Positions 11,340 through 24,678 are shown, counted from the first letter of the stretch. The stretch is DNA of 64,000 bases from a cyanobacterium endosymbiont of Rhopalodia gibba (GCA_045159875.1 CP067995.1:2400001-2464000); one strand, 5' to 3'. Translations and numbers: made by a program. The notes: generated by a model from the sequence alone, not told the origin.

Positions 11340-12845
11340 AGAGTCAAATTAGGCTTAAATCTTCCTATAAATATTTTATATTTTTTAGGTAGATATCATT
11401 AGCTTTAAAAAAATAATTAGTATTCTTTAACTTTTAAGAGATGCAATTAAGAAGATAGCGTAAAACTTGTTCTATTTTTTTTGATAAGCTACCGTACAAG
11501 TCAACTGATATTGAGAGACTTATTGACTTAGTAATTAAAATGATTGATCAAATGTTAATATTTTATCTTAATAAAGAAGCTATAATATATCCCTTTAATT
11601 AGTTCAATACAACCATTGATGCTAAAAATATTAACTTAGTCTGTAAGTCTCTTTATTTTTTAGCAGAAATTTTATCTTTTTTAAGAGATATAGAGAAATT
11701 ATATATTCAATTGTCTTATTCGAGTTATTTTTCTCATCAGTACTTCTCCGGAATGGTTAGCCGCTAGATTCCCAATTCAACTATTGAATCGATAACTTGA
11801 CAGAGAAATAAGTCAAAAGCCGTATATTTTATAAATTGATCTCTATTAATTAACTTGATCAAGTTTTTTTTAAAAAAACTATTTGTTCCCATTAAACTTT
11901 ACGCGGATTTGACGAGATTTGAAAATAGGGTTGTTATTCTCAATATCTAAGTCAAAATACAACAAGGTTGACATTTATCTAAAATAATAATGGCAACCAC
12001 CAACAATCAAGACTATCGTGACTGTTAAAAAAAAATATAACGCAAAGCCAACCTACCCTTCACCCTAAATCTAAATAAGGTCTTTCAGGTAAATAGGTAT
12101 ACGTAATAAATCAAATAAAAAAGTTGATAAAACAGTTTGAAGTACTTTTATTTGTCGAATGTTCTCTGTAAATTTTTTTTTACGTTAATTATTAACTGTT
12201 TCAATCAAAATTAGTCAGTTTTACTAACTTTCGTTTCCTGTTTGATTCAGGATAAGTAACTAACTGAAGTTTTTATTAATAGAACTTTTTAAGGAACTCT
12301 TGAGTGACATATGCTCAGTTTCTCAATAATTTACCGATTAAATTCTGCCTTAACTCAGGAATTAATTTCTGGTCATCTCTCTTGCTTGAAGTTCACTTAA
12401 AAATAAATATTCACCATGGTCGTTTATAATCAAATACGGTTTGAATACTTAATGTTATCTCACAGAACTTTAGTCAGATTCAACTAATCCTTAGAAAACT
12501 TAGTATGTTCTACATGTGACTTTGAAGAAAGACTTCTATCGTAGTAGAATAAATGAAGCTAATTACTATTATCTCTCCTTTGCAAGTCAATAGAAAACAG
12601 CATAGCAACATCATTGCCCAGGACATAATATCCAGAAAATAATTACAGTTTATCAGATTAGAAAATATTTTTTTACAATTTAGTTGTTAAAATTTTTTAC
12701 AGAAGTAATCCAAATTACAAAGTACTTCCGTGAGATCGAGATGAGATTTTATGTCCATAGCACCAGATTTCAATAAATGCTGCTTTTAGCATAGAACTAC
12801 TACTTTCCTTTCTCTCCAGAAATTACCCTCGAACTCACGTTAATT

Positions 12846-15800
12846 TTATTGATAAATTTCCATTCCTTCACAAGAACAAACTAAATTTCTATCTCCATAA
12901 GCATTATCAATACGTCCTACAATCGGCCAGAATTTATATTGTTTTGTCCAAGGTGCAGGATAAGCAGCTTGTTCACGGGAATAAGGACGTTTCCACTCAC
13001 CACAAATTACCGTTTGTGCAGTATGGGGTGCATTTTTGAGAGGATTATTCTCAGGATCAATAGACCCATTTTCGATGGCTTCTACCTCTTTGTAAATAGC
13101 AATCATGGCTTCACAAAAACGGTCTAATTCTTCCTTATCTTCGCTTTCAGTTGGTTCGATCATCATCGTCCCAATGACCGGCCAAGACACCGTAGGCGCG
13201 TGAAAACCAAAGTCCATCAAACGTTTTGCAATATCATCCACTTCCACCCCAGCGCGTTTCTTCAGAGAACGTAAATCGATGATACATTCGTGGGCAACAC
13301 AACCGGATGTTCCTTTAAACAAAATAGGATAATAACCTTGGAGACGTTCAGCCATATAATTGGCATTCAAGATAGCCACTTTTGTTGCCTCAGTCAACCC
13401 TTTAGTCCCCATCATAGCGATGTACATCCAAGAAATCACGGAAATACTGGCACTGCCCCAAGGAGCCGCCGAAATTGCCCCAATGGACTGTTCTGGCTTA
13501 CTATTGTTGTCATTTGGGTTGGTGTATTTTTCTATGGACACACTCGGCAAGAAAGGCACTAAATGAGATTTAACACCAATAGGTCCCATTCCCGGTCCAC
13601 CACCGCCATGAGGAACACAGAAAGTTTTGTGTAAATTGAGATGACAAACGTCAGCCCCAAAGTCTGCCGGACGGCATAATCCAACTTGAGCGTTCATATT
13701 CGCCCCATCCATATAGACTTGACCCTTGTTACGGTGAATAATGTCACAAATTTTAATAATTTCCGCTTCAAATACTCCATGAGTAGAAGGGTATGTTACC
13801 ATCAATGCACCTAACTTTTCAGTGTGTTTTTTGGCTTTCTCATTTAAGTCTGCAGTGTCAATATTGCCATCCTTATCGCATTTCACGGCAACAACTTTCA
13901 TGCCACACATTACTGCACTGGCGGGGTTTGTTCCATGAGCGGACTCAGGAATTAAACAAATATTGCGGTGTCCTTCTCCTCTGCTTTGATGATACTTCCG
14001 GATAACTTGTAACCCTGCATATTCTCCTTGGGAACCCGCATTTGGTTGCAACGAAATACCATCAAATCCTGTAATTTCCCCTAACCAGTTTTCTAACTGT
14101 TCAAATAAAATTTGATAGCCTTCTGTTTGGGATAGCGGAGCAAAAGGATGAATTTTTGCAAATTCTGGCCAAGTAATCGGAAACATTTCGGCGGCTGCGT
14201 TCAACTTCATGGTACATGATCCCAAAGGAATCATCGACGTATTCAATGCTAAATCCTTGGTCTCTAGTTGATGCAAGTATCGCAGTAATTTACTTTCAGA
14301 ATGGTAGTGATTGAATACAGGACTAGTTAAGTAGTCTGTGGTACGCCGACAGAAATCAGGCAGGTCAAACTTCACGGTTTCAGCGATTTCAGTGACTGTA
14401 AAAGAAAGTTCATCTTTAGCAGCAAAAATATGCCATAAATCGATAATATCTTGTACAGTAGTGGTTTCATCCAAACTAATGCCTACACACCCCTCATCTA
14501 CTAAGCGTAGGTTAATTTTACGAGTTTGAGCTATTTTAATTACAGCTAATGCACTGGCATTACCTACTCCTATCCGAATAGTGTCAAAGAAATGCTCATC
14601 GTCAATACTGTAGTTTAGACGTTTTAGACCTGCGGATAAAATTATAGTTAATTGATGAATGCGTGTAGCGATAGCTTTAATCCCTTCAGCACCATGATAT
14701 ACTGCATACATTGATGCAATCACTGCGAGTAAGACTTGGGCGGTACAAATATTACTAGTAGCTTTGTCTCGGCGAATATGTTGTTCTCTAGTTTGTAATG
14801 CTAATCGTAATGCGGGGTTTCCTTGAGTATCCTTTGATAGACCAACGATGCGCCCCGGAATTTGCCGTTTATAAGCCTCTCGTGTGGCAAAATAAGCTGC
14901 ATGAGGTCCTCCATATCCTAAAGGGACACCGAAACGTTGGCTGCTTCCCACGGCGATATCTGCCCCAATTTCGCCAGGGGACGTTAACAACGCTAAACTT
15001 AAGAGGTCGGCCGCGACGGCAACTAACCCTTGCATTTCATGCACTTTATCAATAAAACTGCGATAATCGTATATAACTCCATCAGTTGCCGGATATTGAA
15101 GTAATGCCCCAAAAATAGGAACTTCAAATTCAAAGAAGCGATGGTCATCCACGATGATCTTGATTCCTAATGGATTCGCCCTAGTCTTAATGACTTCGAT
15201 GGTTTGAGGATGACAGTGACTAGATACAAAGAAAGCATAAGCGTCTTTATTTTTGCACAGTCCATAACTCATGCTCATAGCTTCTGCTGCTGCGGTTCCT
15301 TCATCAAGTAAGGATGCGTTAGCAATTTCGAGTCCAGTGAGTTCCACTATCATAGTTTGGAAGTTAAACAATGCTTCAAGTCTTCCTTGAGCAATTTCAG
15401 CTTGATATGGGGTATAAGCAGTATACCAACCTGGATTTTCTAAAATATTACGTTGAATAACGGGGGGAGTAATGCAATCATAGTAACCCATTCCAATAAA
15501 TGAGCGATAAATTTTATTTTTAGAGGCAATTGATTTTAATTGGACTAATGCAGTGTATTCACTTTGATAAGCGGGTAGTTTTAGCGGTTGACTCATGCGT
15601 ATGCTGTTGGGAACAGTAGCTTCAATCAGTTGCTCTAGGGTGGAAAAGCCTAACACCTTAAGCATTTGTTCGATTTCCTCTTTATTAGCTCCTATATGCC
15701 GATTTACAAAGCAATCTGTTGTTTTAAGATTGTTTTCAAGATTCTCTAGGGTTTTACTAGAGGTAAGTTGAAGGTTTGTCGTAATATCCAAGTTAGGCAT
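12846..15800 (-). CDS. gcvP: Glycine dehydrogenase (decarboxylating), glycine cleavage P protein
   Basis: 984 aa; [43 protein letters not shown] and [18 protein letters not shown] (PLP lysine). Confidence 0.97.
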   Translation of the reverse strand: MPNLDITTNLQLTSSKTLENLENNLKTTDCFVNRHIGANKEEIEQMLKVLGFSTLEQLIEATVPNSIRMSQPLKLPAYQSEYTALVQLKSIASKNKIYRSFIGMGYYDCITPPVIQRNILENPGWYTAYTPYQAEIAQGRLEALFNFQTMIVELTGLEIANASLLDEGTAAAEAMSMSYGLCKNKDAYAFFVSSHCHPQTIEVIKTRANPLGIKIIVDDHRFFEFEVPIFGALLQYPATDGVIYDYRSFIDKVHEMQGLVAVAADLLSLALLTSPGEIGADIAVGSSQRFGVPLGYGGPHAAYFATREAYKRQIPGRIVGLSKDTQGNPALRLALQTREQHIRRDKATSNICTAQVLLAVIASMYAVYHGAEGIKAIATRIHQLTIILSAGLKRLNYSIDDEHFFDTIRIGVGNASALAVIKIAQTRKINLRLVDEGCVGISLDETTTVQDIIDLWHIFAAKDELSFTVTEIAETVKFDLPDFCRRTTDYLTSPVFNHYHSESKLLRYLHQLETKDLALNTSMIPLGSCTMKLNAAAEMFPITWPEFAKIHPFAPLSQTEGYQILFEQLENWLGEITGFDGISLQPNAGSQGEYAGLQVIRKYHQSRGEGHRNICLIPESAHGTNPASAVMCGMKVVAVKCDKDGNIDTADLNEKAKKHTEKLGALMVTYPSTHGVFEAEIIKICDIIHRNKGQVYMDGANMNAQVGLCRPADFGADVCHLNLHKTFCVPHGGGGPGMGPIGVKSHLVPFLPSVSIEKYTNPNDNNSKPEQSIGAISAAPWGSASISVISWMYIAMMGTKGLTEATKVAILNANYMAERLQGYYPILFKGTSGCVAHECIIDLRSLKKRAGVEVDDIAKRLMDFGFHAPTVSWPVIGTMMIEPTESEDKEELDRFCEAMIAIYKEVEAIENGSIDPENNPLKNAPHTAQTVICGEWKRPYSREQAAYPAPWTKQYKFWPIVGRIDNAYGDRNLVCSCEGMEIYQ

Positions 15801-16739
15801 ATTTAGTTAAATCGGGTTTGCTATTTTTTAAAGATGATCTTAGAAATTTATTGTAAGCTGTCGTTACAAAGGTTTGCAATGTGAGAGTATATTTTTCGTG
15901 TGATGGATTTTAAGAAAAAATAAAAGGCAATTAAAGTTAAATTTACATGTTAATTTTTAATGTGAGATTTAAAAACTTTATCTACAAATCTTATAAATTA
16001 TTTTTAAGTTTTATCTAGATAATACTGTTTTAAAGTCTCCACTTAGAGAACAATTTCTTCAGTATTGGAATTATTAAAATAATAGAATCATCAGAATAAA
16101 GCTTCTTTATGGTTATAAGTATTGTTTTTTTATGAAAGTTATTCAAATTTTAGATTTTACAAAATAACTTAATTTTATACATTAAGAAACTCTCCAAAAT
16201 ATTGATATAAATTTTATGTGACAGCATTGGGTTTATTCACAAGTTAAACTCTTAATAAATTACTGAGAATTACGATCATGGTCAATTCTGACTATCAAAA
16301 ATTATTATTAATATTCACTTTACTATCAACATATTGACAGATAACTTCCAATTTTCCTGCTTTTATAAAAAATTAGAATCGAGGTAATTAGGTTAAAACA
16401 GATTTTTATGACCAAAATTCAGCAAAATGCACTCTTTGATCATGCTCATTCACGAAGTAGCCCCATTAACTTGTATTAATTTTCTCAATGTTTTGTTAAA
16501 ATGCGCATTTGCCACCAATATCTTTCTTGAGGTAGCGATTATTGATTGGCAAATTTTACTAATGTTTTATTAAGCCCTGGGATTGAAAAAAAATTTATAT
16601 GTGTTTGCTACAAGAACCAACTCTGTCAGCGGGTGAAATGCACAATATACTCTATATCGTCTCTAAAGTTAAAATCCTGAAGAATTCCCAGATACTATCA
16701 ATATGACTGAAGTTTTTTGCCGTAAATAGGGAATAATCA

Positions 16740-17126
16740 ATTTAAGAAATTCCATCAATAACTCGGAATTACTTACTTAATTAAAAGCGATAGGTTAAAG
16801 TTCTTATAACATCCATACCACTAGCGACTAGGAGATGATTAATTCCTACAGCACTGTAAGTTCTCACAATGTTTAAGTAACTTGCTTCAATGGGCCGTTT
16901 CCCAGAAAGAGACGATGACCTCCTTCTATAATCAATCGTAAGCTGTGAGAAGAGTAAATTGTCTTCTGCTTAACCGATAATACATTAGTAGAGTAGACTG
17001 CCCTTATTAATCTTTTTGTCTTTCGGTACCAGTTTTTATTGCTTTAGCCGGTTCTATGTTTTTTGAATTTTTATTTCCGCTAGTTTCTATTTTTTCAGTA
17101 GTCATAATTTTAGTATTCTTGTTCAT
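16740..17126 (-). pseudogene. Degraded cyanobacterial hypothetical protein with 'NRPI..S.L' internal repeats
   Basis: The minus strand gives the fragments LSGKRPIEASYLNIVRTYSAVGINHLLVASGMDVIRTLT and ..LLMEFL, interrupted by stops and frameshifts. Family recalled from memory; boundaries approximate. Confidence 0.5.
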
Positions 17127-17319
17127 AGTGCCATAAAGTAGCTAATTAAAGGTTAAGTAAGTCAGTAAAATCATACTCTAACTTTCTTTTAAAAATTATC
17201 TTTATTATTGTACGTCTCTACTATCGTATCTTATCATATTGGGGTATAGCTCCTCTCCTCAAGCTGCTACAAGATTCTGTAATAGTGTTTATTGTTCTAG
17301 AATATTGTTTCTTTAAATT

Positions 17320-19329
17320 ATGAATGTTAGTACTTTCAATCTTAACGCCCCTTTTGAACCGAAAGGAGATCAACCCAAGGCAATCGCTGAACTAGTCACT
17401 TCGATACAAGCTAAAAACCGATTTCAGACGCTATTGGGAGCGACAGGAACTGGGAAAACTTTTTCTATCGCTGCTGTTCTTGAACAAATTGGTCAACCAA
17501 CTTTAGTCCTAGCTCATAATAAAACATTAGCAGCTCAATTATGCAATGAATTACGGCATTTTTTCCCTAACAATGCTGTGGAATATTTCATTAGTTATTA
17601 CGATTATTATCAACCGGAAGCCTATATTCCTGCCAGTGATACCTATATTGAGAAAAGTTCTTCTGTGAACGATGAAATTGATATGTTACGTCACTCAGCA
17701 ACCCGTTCTTTATTTGAACGTAAAGATGTGATTGTGGTTGCTTCTATTAGTTGTATTTATGGTTTAGGAATACCTTCGGAATATCTCAAAGCGGCAGTTA
17801 CTTTAGAAGTCAGTCAAGAAGTGAATCAACGTCAATTATTACGGGATTTAGTTGGGGTATATTATTCTCGTAATGATCTTGAATTACAACGAGGGAAATT
17901 TCGGGTTAAAGGGGATGTTTTAGAAATTGTTCCAGCGTATGAGGATAGGGTAATTCGTGTTGAATTTTTTGGAGATGAAATTGAGACAATTCGATATCTC
18001 GATCCGATGACAGGAGATATTTTACAAAGTCTAAAAAAGATTAATATTTATCCTGCTCGTCACTTCGTAACTCCTGACCAAAAAATTGAATCTGCCTGTC
18101 AACAAATTCAAGCAGAATTAGAAGAACAAGTTGAAGCCTTAGAAAAAGTAGGAAAATTAATAGAAGCACAAAGAATTAGTCAACGAACTCGCTATGATCT
18201 GGATTTATTACAAGAGGTGGGATATTGTAATGGGATCGAAAATTATTCCCGTTATTTATCCGGAAGAAATGCCGGGGAACCTCCTGAATGTTTAATTGAT
18301 TATTTTCCTAAAGATTGGTTACTGGTGGTAGATGAATCGCATGTTACTGTTCCTCAGTTACGAGGAATGTATAACGGTGATCGATCTCGTAAACAAGTAT
18401 TAATTGAACATGGTTTTCGTCTTCCGAGTGCGGCGGACAATCGACCTTTAAAAGCAGAAGAATTTTGGGGAAAAGTAAATCAATGTATTTTGGTTTCAGC
18501 AACACCTGGAGATTGGGAAATTGAACAATCACAAGATAGAATTTATCAGCAGATTATTCGACCAACGGGGGTATTAGATCCCGAGATTTTTGTCCGTCCT
18601 GCTGAAGGACAAGTTGACGATTTATTAGGAGAAATAAAAGATAGAACAAAGCGTCAAGAAAGAGTTTTAGTTACTACGTTAACTAAACGCATGGCTGAAG
18701 ATTTGGCAGAATATTTAGAAGTCCGAGGAATTTTAGTCAAATATCTTCATTCAGAAATCAAGTCTATTGAACGAATTGAAATATTGCAAGCTTTACGACA
18801 AGGAGAGTTTAATGTTTTAATTGGAGTAAATTTATTGCGGGAAGGACTGGATTTACCAGAGGTCTCTTTAGTGGTTATTCTAGACGCAGATAAAGAAGGA
18901 TTTTTAAGGACTGAACGGTCTTTAATTCAAACCATTGGGCGAGCAGCACGTCATGTGAATGGTCAGGCTATTTTGTACGCAGATAATTTAACTAAAAGTA
19001 TGATAAAAGCCATTGAAGAAACTGAACGACGTAGGGAAATTCAAATGGCTTATAACAAAATTAATGGTATTACTCCCCAACCCATTATCACAAGAGATAG
19101 TAACTCTATTTTAGCATTTTTAGATATTTCTCGACGTTTAAAATCGAAACAAATCAAAATCGAAGAAGTTGATCAAAAATCTGATCAATTTCCTGTGGAA
19201 AAAATCCCAGAATTAATTCAAGACTTAGAAATAAAAATGAAAGAGTCTGCTAAACAATTAGAATTTGAAACAGCAGCCAAATATCGAGATCAAATTCAAC
19301 ATTTACGAGATAAGTTACTGGGTGATTAA
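17320..19329 (+). CDS. uvrB: Excinuclease ABC subunit B
   Basis: [37 protein letters not shown] and [11 protein letters not shown] motifs; C-terminal UVR domain. Confidence 0.98.
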   Translation: MNVSTFNLNAPFEPKGDQPKAIAELVTSIQAKNRFQTLLGATGTGKTFSIAAVLEQIGQPTLVLAHNKTLAAQLCNELRHFFPNNAVEYFISYYDYYQPEAYIPASDTYIEKSSSVNDEIDMLRHSATRSLFERKDVIVVASISCIYGLGIPSEYLKAAVTLEVSQEVNQRQLLRDLVGVYYSRNDLELQRGKFRVKGDVLEIVPAYEDRVIRVEFFGDEIETIRYLDPMTGDILQSLKKINIYPARHFVTPDQKIESACQQIQAELEEQVEALEKVGKLIEAQRISQRTRYDLDLLQEVGYCNGIENYSRYLSGRNAGEPPECLIDYFPKDWLLVVDESHVTVPQLRGMYNGDRSRKQVLIEHGFRLPSAADNRPLKAEEFWGKVNQCILVSATPGDWEIEQSQDRIYQQIIRPTGVLDPEIFVRPAEGQVDDLLGEIKDRTKRQERVLVTTLTKRMAEDLAEYLEVRGILVKYLHSEIKSIERIEILQALRQGEFNVLIGVNLLREGLDLPEVSLVVILDADKEGFLRTERSLIQTIGRAARHVNGQAILYADNLTKSMIKAIEETERRREIQMAYNKINGITPQPIITRDSNSILAFLDISRRLKSKQIKIEEVDQKSDQFPVEKIPELIQDLEIKMKESAKQLEFETAAKYRDQIQHLRDKLLGD

Positions 19330-19544
19330 CAATATATTCAATTGATAGTTTAGGTTGAATTTTCGAGTCATAAAAGATGGCAGTAATATCATGGGGAATA
19401 AACAGATTAGCGAGCAATCAAAACTAATAAATTAATAAGTCTAATCGTCAATTTATTGTGCAGAAATTTAACTGTTAGAACCTATACTTTTCGAAGTATG
19501 GATAATTCAATACTCCGCCATTGCCAAATCTATGACAGTGTTGT

Positions 19545-20717
19545 TTATATCCAACCATCTTTATTGAGTAAATCAGCAATTGTCTGTTGGGGATTATGGT
19601 TTGTGTAAGAGACTTTTTGACGTGCATCAGTAATTAACCAATCGAGGGATGCCGCTTGGACATCGATGGAGGCTCCTGTTTTGTCCACACAATAACGACC
19701 AAATACCAATTTATCTATTAAACGCACCCCCGGACCGAGGCGAGAATATTCAAAAATAACGCTGTTGTCTACTGTTGCGCCGCTACAAACCCGACAATTT
19801 GGGCCAATCATACTTGGACCAATAATGGTTGCCCCATCTTCAATGTGGGTCATTGCACCAATATAAACCGGTCCTTGAATATTCACTTTATCCCAGTCAA
19901 CTAAAACATTGAGTCCGGTATAAATCCCTGGCTTAACTTCCACCCCAGGAATAGCAACATTTTTAATCTCTTGTAGTAAAACACCACGAATGGCGTGCCA
20001 GTAATCGGGAACTTTGCCAATATCTACCCATTGAAAGTCCATATTAACAGCATAGAACGGCGCACCTTTTGCCACTAATTGGGGGAACAATTCACCCCCA
20101 ATATCATACTTTTGATTAGGAGGAATATAATCAATAATTTCAGGTTCAAAAATATAAATTCCCGTGTTGATCTCAGTGCTAATTGCTTCTTCGATTGAGG
20201 GTTTTTCTTGGAAAGTTTGAATGCGCCCTTCTTCGTCGCTAACTACCACACCGTAACTAGAAACCACTTCTTTAGAAACCGATTTAGTAACGATCGTGGC
20301 GATTCCTCCCTTTTCTTTATGTTGTTTAACTGTGGCTGTCAAATCTAAATCAATTAGGGTATCTCCACAAAGGACCACAAAGGTATCATCGAAAAAAGGA
20401 TTAAAATCTTGAATTCGCCTCAATCCTCCAGCTGAACCTAATGCATCCCCAACTAAATCTCCATTATCTGCAATATGACCTTCGAAAGAATAGCCGATCT
20501 GTACGCCAAACCGTTGTCCATCACGGAAATAACTTTCAATTTCTTCAGCTAAATGACTCACATTGACCATTATCTCAATAAAACCGTGCTGTCGTAAGAG
20601 TTCAAGAAGAAACTCCATTACGGGTTTTTGGAGAATGGGAATTAGGGGTTTAGGGATAGTATGGGTAATTGGACGAACACGAGTGCCTTTTCCAGCGGCC
20701 AAAATCATGGCTTTCAT
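19545..20717 (-). CDS. cugP: Nucleotidyltransferase, CugP-type UTP-glucose-1-phosphate uridylyltransferase / NDP-sugar synthase
   Basis: MKAMILAAGKGTRVRPIT..IPKPLIPI, FQEKP and WVDIGKVPDYW motifs plus a C-terminal hexapeptide repeat region. ATG 20717. Confidence 0.8.
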   Translation of the reverse strand: MKAMILAAGKGTRVRPITHTIPKPLIPILQKPVMEFLLELLRQHGFIEIMVNVSHLAEEIESYFRDGQRFGVQIGYSFEGHIADNGDLVGDALGSAGGLRRIQDFNPFFDDTFVVLCGDTLIDLDLTATVKQHKEKGGIATIVTKSVSKEVVSSYGVVVSDEEGRIQTFQEKPSIEEAISTEINTGIYIFEPEIIDYIPPNQKYDIGGELFPQLVAKGAPFYAVNMDFQWVDIGKVPDYWHAIRGVLLQEIKNVAIPGVEVKPGIYTGLNVLVDWDKVNIQGPVYIGAMTHIEDGATIIGPSMIGPNCRVCSGATVDNSVIFEYSRLGPGVRLIDKLVFGRYCVDKTGASIDVQAASLDWLITDARQKVSYTNHNPQQTIADLLNKDGWI

Positions 20718-20801
20718 GAATGTTATTTCCTCAATCACTGTCACAAGTGTCTAGGATGACAATGCTCAGTTTACCATTTACCATTTCAAAAGCTCAGGAA
20801 G

Positions 20802-21580
20802 TTATGGTCGAAGGACTTGTATTTTTAGGTCTTGACAAAATTCTTCTTAGGATAATTCCACCTTAGACTGGGAACATAACAGCAATAATGCCCAAAAAAT
20901 TCCTACACGATCATGCTTAATTTCGGGAGTATTGGGGGATTTGATTCTATGCCAAAAAGTTAATAATTCTTCTAATCTAATCTTGAGTTTGGACAAATTC
21001 TGATAATTGCTTTTGAAAAAACTGTTCTAATTGTTGGGCTAATTCAGTGAAATTTTCTTGATGAGCCAGTTGAGTTACAATTTATGTAGCTTCTTGACCA
21101 GAGGCATTAGGAGGTTGTTTACGTTGTCGAATACTATTAAGTATTAGGACAATCCAATTCGTCAACAATTTCTTCAATATGGATAATAAGTTCAGAGAGG
21201 GTGACACGGCGTTGACTAGGAGGAGAGGCAGCAGTGCGACGACAGAGTTTGTGTTCTAAGTAGAGGGGTAAAGAACGATTAGAAAAATTTTGGGTAATTT
21301 CATTAAAATTTAACTCATCTTCTCCTTGATCTTGTGCTGATTCGAGTTTTTCGAGCGTGTCGGACTTGAAGCGCACCAACATCGAGTCCCAAAGAAAAGC
21401 TTGTCCAGATCTTTGTAAGTTATTCTGTTAATAGCCTAGATCCAAGTCATGGTTCATGCCTGATTCGTCTAAAAAGAGAGCAATTACATCAATCACTTGT
21501 ACATTCCAAGGATCAATATCTCCCTGTTGTGCTAAATCAATTAAGCTAGCGATTGTCTTACTGGCTAAGAATGTAGTCAT
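20802..21580 (-). pseudogene. scpA: Segregation and condensation protein A (SMC kleisin) pseudogene
   Basis: LIDLAQQGDIDPWNVQVIDV...LGY* (TAA at 21428-21430), then QNNLQRSGQAFLWDSMLVRFKSDTLE...RRVTLSELI; frameshift near 21140; AHQENFTELAQQL...DRVGIFWALLLLCSQSKVELS*EEFCQDLKI. At least two stops and one frameshift. Confidence 0.9.
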
Positions 21581-21747
21581 AATGAAGTGAAAAAGTGTAG
21601 AGGTCCCGCCGCCCACCCGTATTTGATAGAACAGCCTAAGCTGCTCTTATTTTCATAATGCCTGAGGGATGAAAAAATCGTTTTGGGTTCGATGCCTAAT
21701 GAATGTCTGCAATAGGGGGAAGTTCCGCAATTATCTAGAACTTAAAC

Positions 21748-22944
21748 TTATCCAACAATCGAGTCAATAGCCTTTATTAACTGTTCTATTTCAGCCGGAA
21801 GGGTAAAATAATGAATACAGGCTCGAATGCAATCAGGGTAATGGAGGGTTCTCAGTAAAAAACCTTTTTCTTCCAATTCCTGAACTAATTGTTTATGAGC
21901 AAGGTTTCGGGTAACCTGAAAGGAAACTAAACCAGCTTCAGGAGCAGAGTTCTTTAAACATTTAATCCCCTCAATTTTAGATAATCCCTGCCATAAATAG
22001 GCACTTAATTGACAAATTTGTTCATAGCGTTTCTCGACTCCTCCCCAATTTTGATGAACCACCAGGGCTGCCCTTAATCCTTCATATTGGGGATAGGCTG
22101 AGGAGGCTACTTCAAATTTCCTTCCATCATTTTTCCAAGCCATAGGTTGTCCATTCCCGTTAAGATCAATCCCTCGCCAACCAATAAACGTTGGATTTAA
22201 GTAATCAAAGCTTTCAGGTCTAATATAGAGTCCCCCGACACCTACTGGACCGCAAAACCATTTATGGCCAGTAAAAGCATAAAAATCTACATTCGAGGCA
22301 GCTAAATCTATGGGTAAAGATCCAGCTGACTGGGCTGCATCGACTAAAACCCTGATGGGGCGATCACTGTGAGCAAAATGATGACAAACACTGACGATCT
22401 CACTCAAGGGTAACACTTGTCCGGTATTCCAGAGTAAATGGCTGAGGATCACTAGTCGGGTTCTGGGGGTTAAATAGTCCTGAATTACAGTGGTTGGGTT
22501 TCCCTGATTAAGGGTTTGTAGGATGGGACAGATTGCAATTTCTACTCCAAAACGCCGAGCAATTTCTTTGACAATAGCAATAATCCCAGGATGCTCACAA
22601 TCGGTTATTAAAATGCGATCACCTTTTTGCCAATCAATGCCCCAGAGAACAATATTACATCCTACGGTCACATTTTCAGTCAAGGAAATTGTTTGAGGAA
22701 ATACACTAAATTCTTGAGCTAATTCTTGTCTGAGCGCAGCTTCTTTTTGTTGTAACCAACTATTAACTCGTAGGGAAAACGGTCCTTTCTGTTGCAAAAA
22801 TTCGTGAGCATCAATAATGGCTTTTAAAGCTGAACGGGGTAAGGTTCCTTGTCCTCCAAAATTAAAATAAACCTTGTTGCTTAGGCTAGGAAATTCCTGT
22901 CTTTGCTGTTGTAAGAGGGAGGTAATCCCTTGGATGTTTATCAT
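21748..22944 (-). CDS. c-des: L-cysteine/cystine C-S lyase (C-DES), PLP-dependent class V
   Basis: FPSLSNKVYFNFGGQG, TDCEHPGIIAIV, LVILSHLLWNTGQVLPL, VLVDAAQSAG and YAFTGHKW, as in Synechocystis C-DES. ATG 22944. Confidence 0.87.
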   Translation of the reverse strand: MINIQGITSLLQQQRQEFPSLSNKVYFNFGGQGTLPRSALKAIIDAHEFLQQKGPFSLRVNSWLQQKEAALRQELAQEFSVFPQTISLTENVTVGCNIVLWGIDWQKGDRILITDCEHPGIIAIVKEIARRFGVEIAICPILQTLNQGNPTTVIQDYLTPRTRLVILSHLLWNTGQVLPLSEIVSVCHHFAHSDRPIRVLVDAAQSAGSLPIDLAASNVDFYAFTGHKWFCGPVGVGGLYIRPESFDYLNPTFIGWRGIDLNGNGQPMAWKNDGRKFEVASSAYPQYEGLRAALVVHQNWGGVEKRYEQICQLSAYLWQGLSKIEGIKCLKNSAPEAGLVSFQVTRNLAHKQLVQELEEKGFLLRTLHYPDCIRACIHYFTLPAEIEQLIKAIDSIVG

Positions 22945-23190
22945 TTGCTGCCCAACATTCACAGTAAGGAAAAATCTACAAGGCAAATTAGGACATAGAT
23001 GGTTAACGTTAAAATGTCTTCATTGCTCTTAGTTTATATTTCTAGGATACTAGAAATATTTTTAGTGATATTCAACTCTAGTAGCTTTTTCTAAAATCAG
23101 AAATATTACGCTAAAGCAAAGATAGCTACTTTTTCCCTGTTTTAATCTATCTCCTTTTTTTAGCTTTATATTTTATCCTCAAACTCAAGA

Positions 23191-24678
23191 ATGCTGCTAA
23201 CTGATATCCTCTTACTCGATTATAAACGCTGTCAACGGCGTGCCTTTCTTAATGTTTATGGTGATTCCTTTGAAAAAGGTGCTGAACGGGACTTTCTGCT
23301 AAAGTTACGCCAGGAAAATCAACTTCATATCACCTCAACCTTGGAAACATTTTATCCCCATTATCAAAAGCCTCAATATGACTTGAGGAATTCGACAGCT
23401 CAGGCAAAAGCCACGGAAGCTTTGATGAGACAAGGGATTAGCTGTATTTACAATGGAACACTGTTTGAATCTCACGAATTTAGGCAACAGTATCACTCTC
23501 ACTCGACTCTAACATTGTTCCCGGATCATTATGAGTTTAATTGCCTGGGAAAACCTACATTATTAGTAAAACACCCTGGACAGTCAAAATTTGGGGATTG
23601 GTTCTATTCTCCTGTAAGTATTTATTTAGGTCGTCGTCCCAAACCTGAATATAAAATGGTCGCAACGTTTTATGCCTATCTTTTAGGCAATCTTCAAGAA
23701 ACCCCTTCTCCAGCGCCGACATTGATTTTACGCCAACATAACCATTATGAAGTGGATCTGAGCCAATGGTTGCCAAGACTTCAGATAGCGGCTACAGACT
23801 GTTTGGAAATGCTCATCCAATCTCAAGAGCCAGAAGTGTTTATTTCTCGTCAACGGTGTAATTTGTGCCATTGGTATAAACATTGTTATGCAATTGCCCA
23901 ATCTCAACAACATTTATCGTTAGTTCCAGGGGTAACACCGAGTCGTTATCAGTCTTTGTTGGACATAGGGGTAGAGACAGTGAAATCTTTAGCCGATATT
24001 TCTCCTGTGAACATAAGAGAAGTCATGGATTCTGATTTGGCTAGCCAACTCCAACAACAAGCCCAAGCGATAGTAGACAATCGGGCGATCCGAAAATCCC
24101 AGTTTCAAAGCGATATTCATGGATTAATTCCTACTCGGGAATTTGAGTTATATTTCGATATTGAAGCTGAACCAGAACGGAAATTAGATTATTTATTAGG
24201 GGTATTATTGGTAGAACACTCAACTCAAACAGAGACATTTTATCCTTTGTTGGCAGAAAGTCCTGAAGATGAGCAGCACATTTGGCAACAGTTCCTTGAC
24301 TTAGTTAACCAATATCAAGATGCTCCTATTTTTCACTTTTCTGAGTATGAAGTAGAAACAATGAAACGGTTAGCCAAATTATACAAAACTCCTCAATGGC
24401 AACTCGAACGTTTATTATCCCGTTTTGTTGATCTTCATCACCGTGTTATTACCTCTGTAATTTTACCTGTGGAAAGTTATTCCCTAAAATCTTTAGCCAA
24501 CTGGATTGGATTTCATTGGCGTGATCCTGGTATTAGCGGAGATCAATGCGTTTGCTGGTATGATCAATGGTTAAAGACAGAAGATCGTACTTTATTATCC
24601 TCTATTTTGCGTTATAACGAGGATGATTGTCGTGCAACTCTTTATCTCAAAAATTGGTTATTAAAATTTCTAGGTTAA
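23191..24678 (+). CDS. TM0106-family RecB-like putative nuclease with C-terminal RNase H-like domain
   Basis: YKRCQRRAFL, C..C.W...C cluster, LYFDIEAEP, YSLKSLA..IGF.WRD and LRYNEDDCRAT motifs. Confidence 0.88.
   Translation: MLLTDILLLDYKRCQRRAFLNVYGDSFEKGAERDFLLKLRQENQLHITSTLETFYPHYQKPQYDLRNSTAQAKATEALMRQGISCIYNGTLFESHEFRQQYHSHSTLTLFPDHYEFNCLGKPTLLVKHPGQSKFGDWFYSPVSIYLGRRPKPEYKMVATFYAYLLGNLQETPSPAPTLILRQHNHYEVDLSQWLPRLQIAATDCLEMLIQSQEPEVFISRQRCNLCHWYKHCYAIAQSQQHLSLVPGVTPSRYQSLLDIGVETVKSLADISPVNIREVMDSDLASQLQQQAQAIVDNRAIRKSQFQSDIHGLIPTREFELYFDIEAEPERKLDYLLGVLLVEHSTQTETFYPLLAESPEDEQHIWQQFLDLVNQYQDAPIFHFSEYEVETMKRLAKLYKTPQWQLERLLSRFVDLHHRVITSVILPVESYSLKSLANWIGFHWRDPGISGDQCVCWYDQWLKTEDRTLLSSILRYNEDDCRATLYLKNWLLKFLG

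Noticed and set aside
12939..15055. Short antisense or out-of-frame ORFs within gcvP (likewise within exbB/D, cruA, uvrB, alaS, UPF0182, mlaE, sigA and mnmH)
   Set aside because: Shadow ORFs of well-supported genes.
15853..15867. NtcA-like site upstream of gcvP (and at 24791)
   Set aside because: Spacing is GTA-N9-TAC, not N8.
21683..21699. TTGGG-TTCGATG-CCTAA resembles a tRNA T-arm
   Set aside because: No acceptor, D or anticodon stems can be built from the flanking sequence.
23191..24678. TM0106 nuclease as a Cas4/CRISPR component
   Set aside because: No repeat-spacer array or other cas genes in the window; the family is commonly stand-alone in cyanobacteria.
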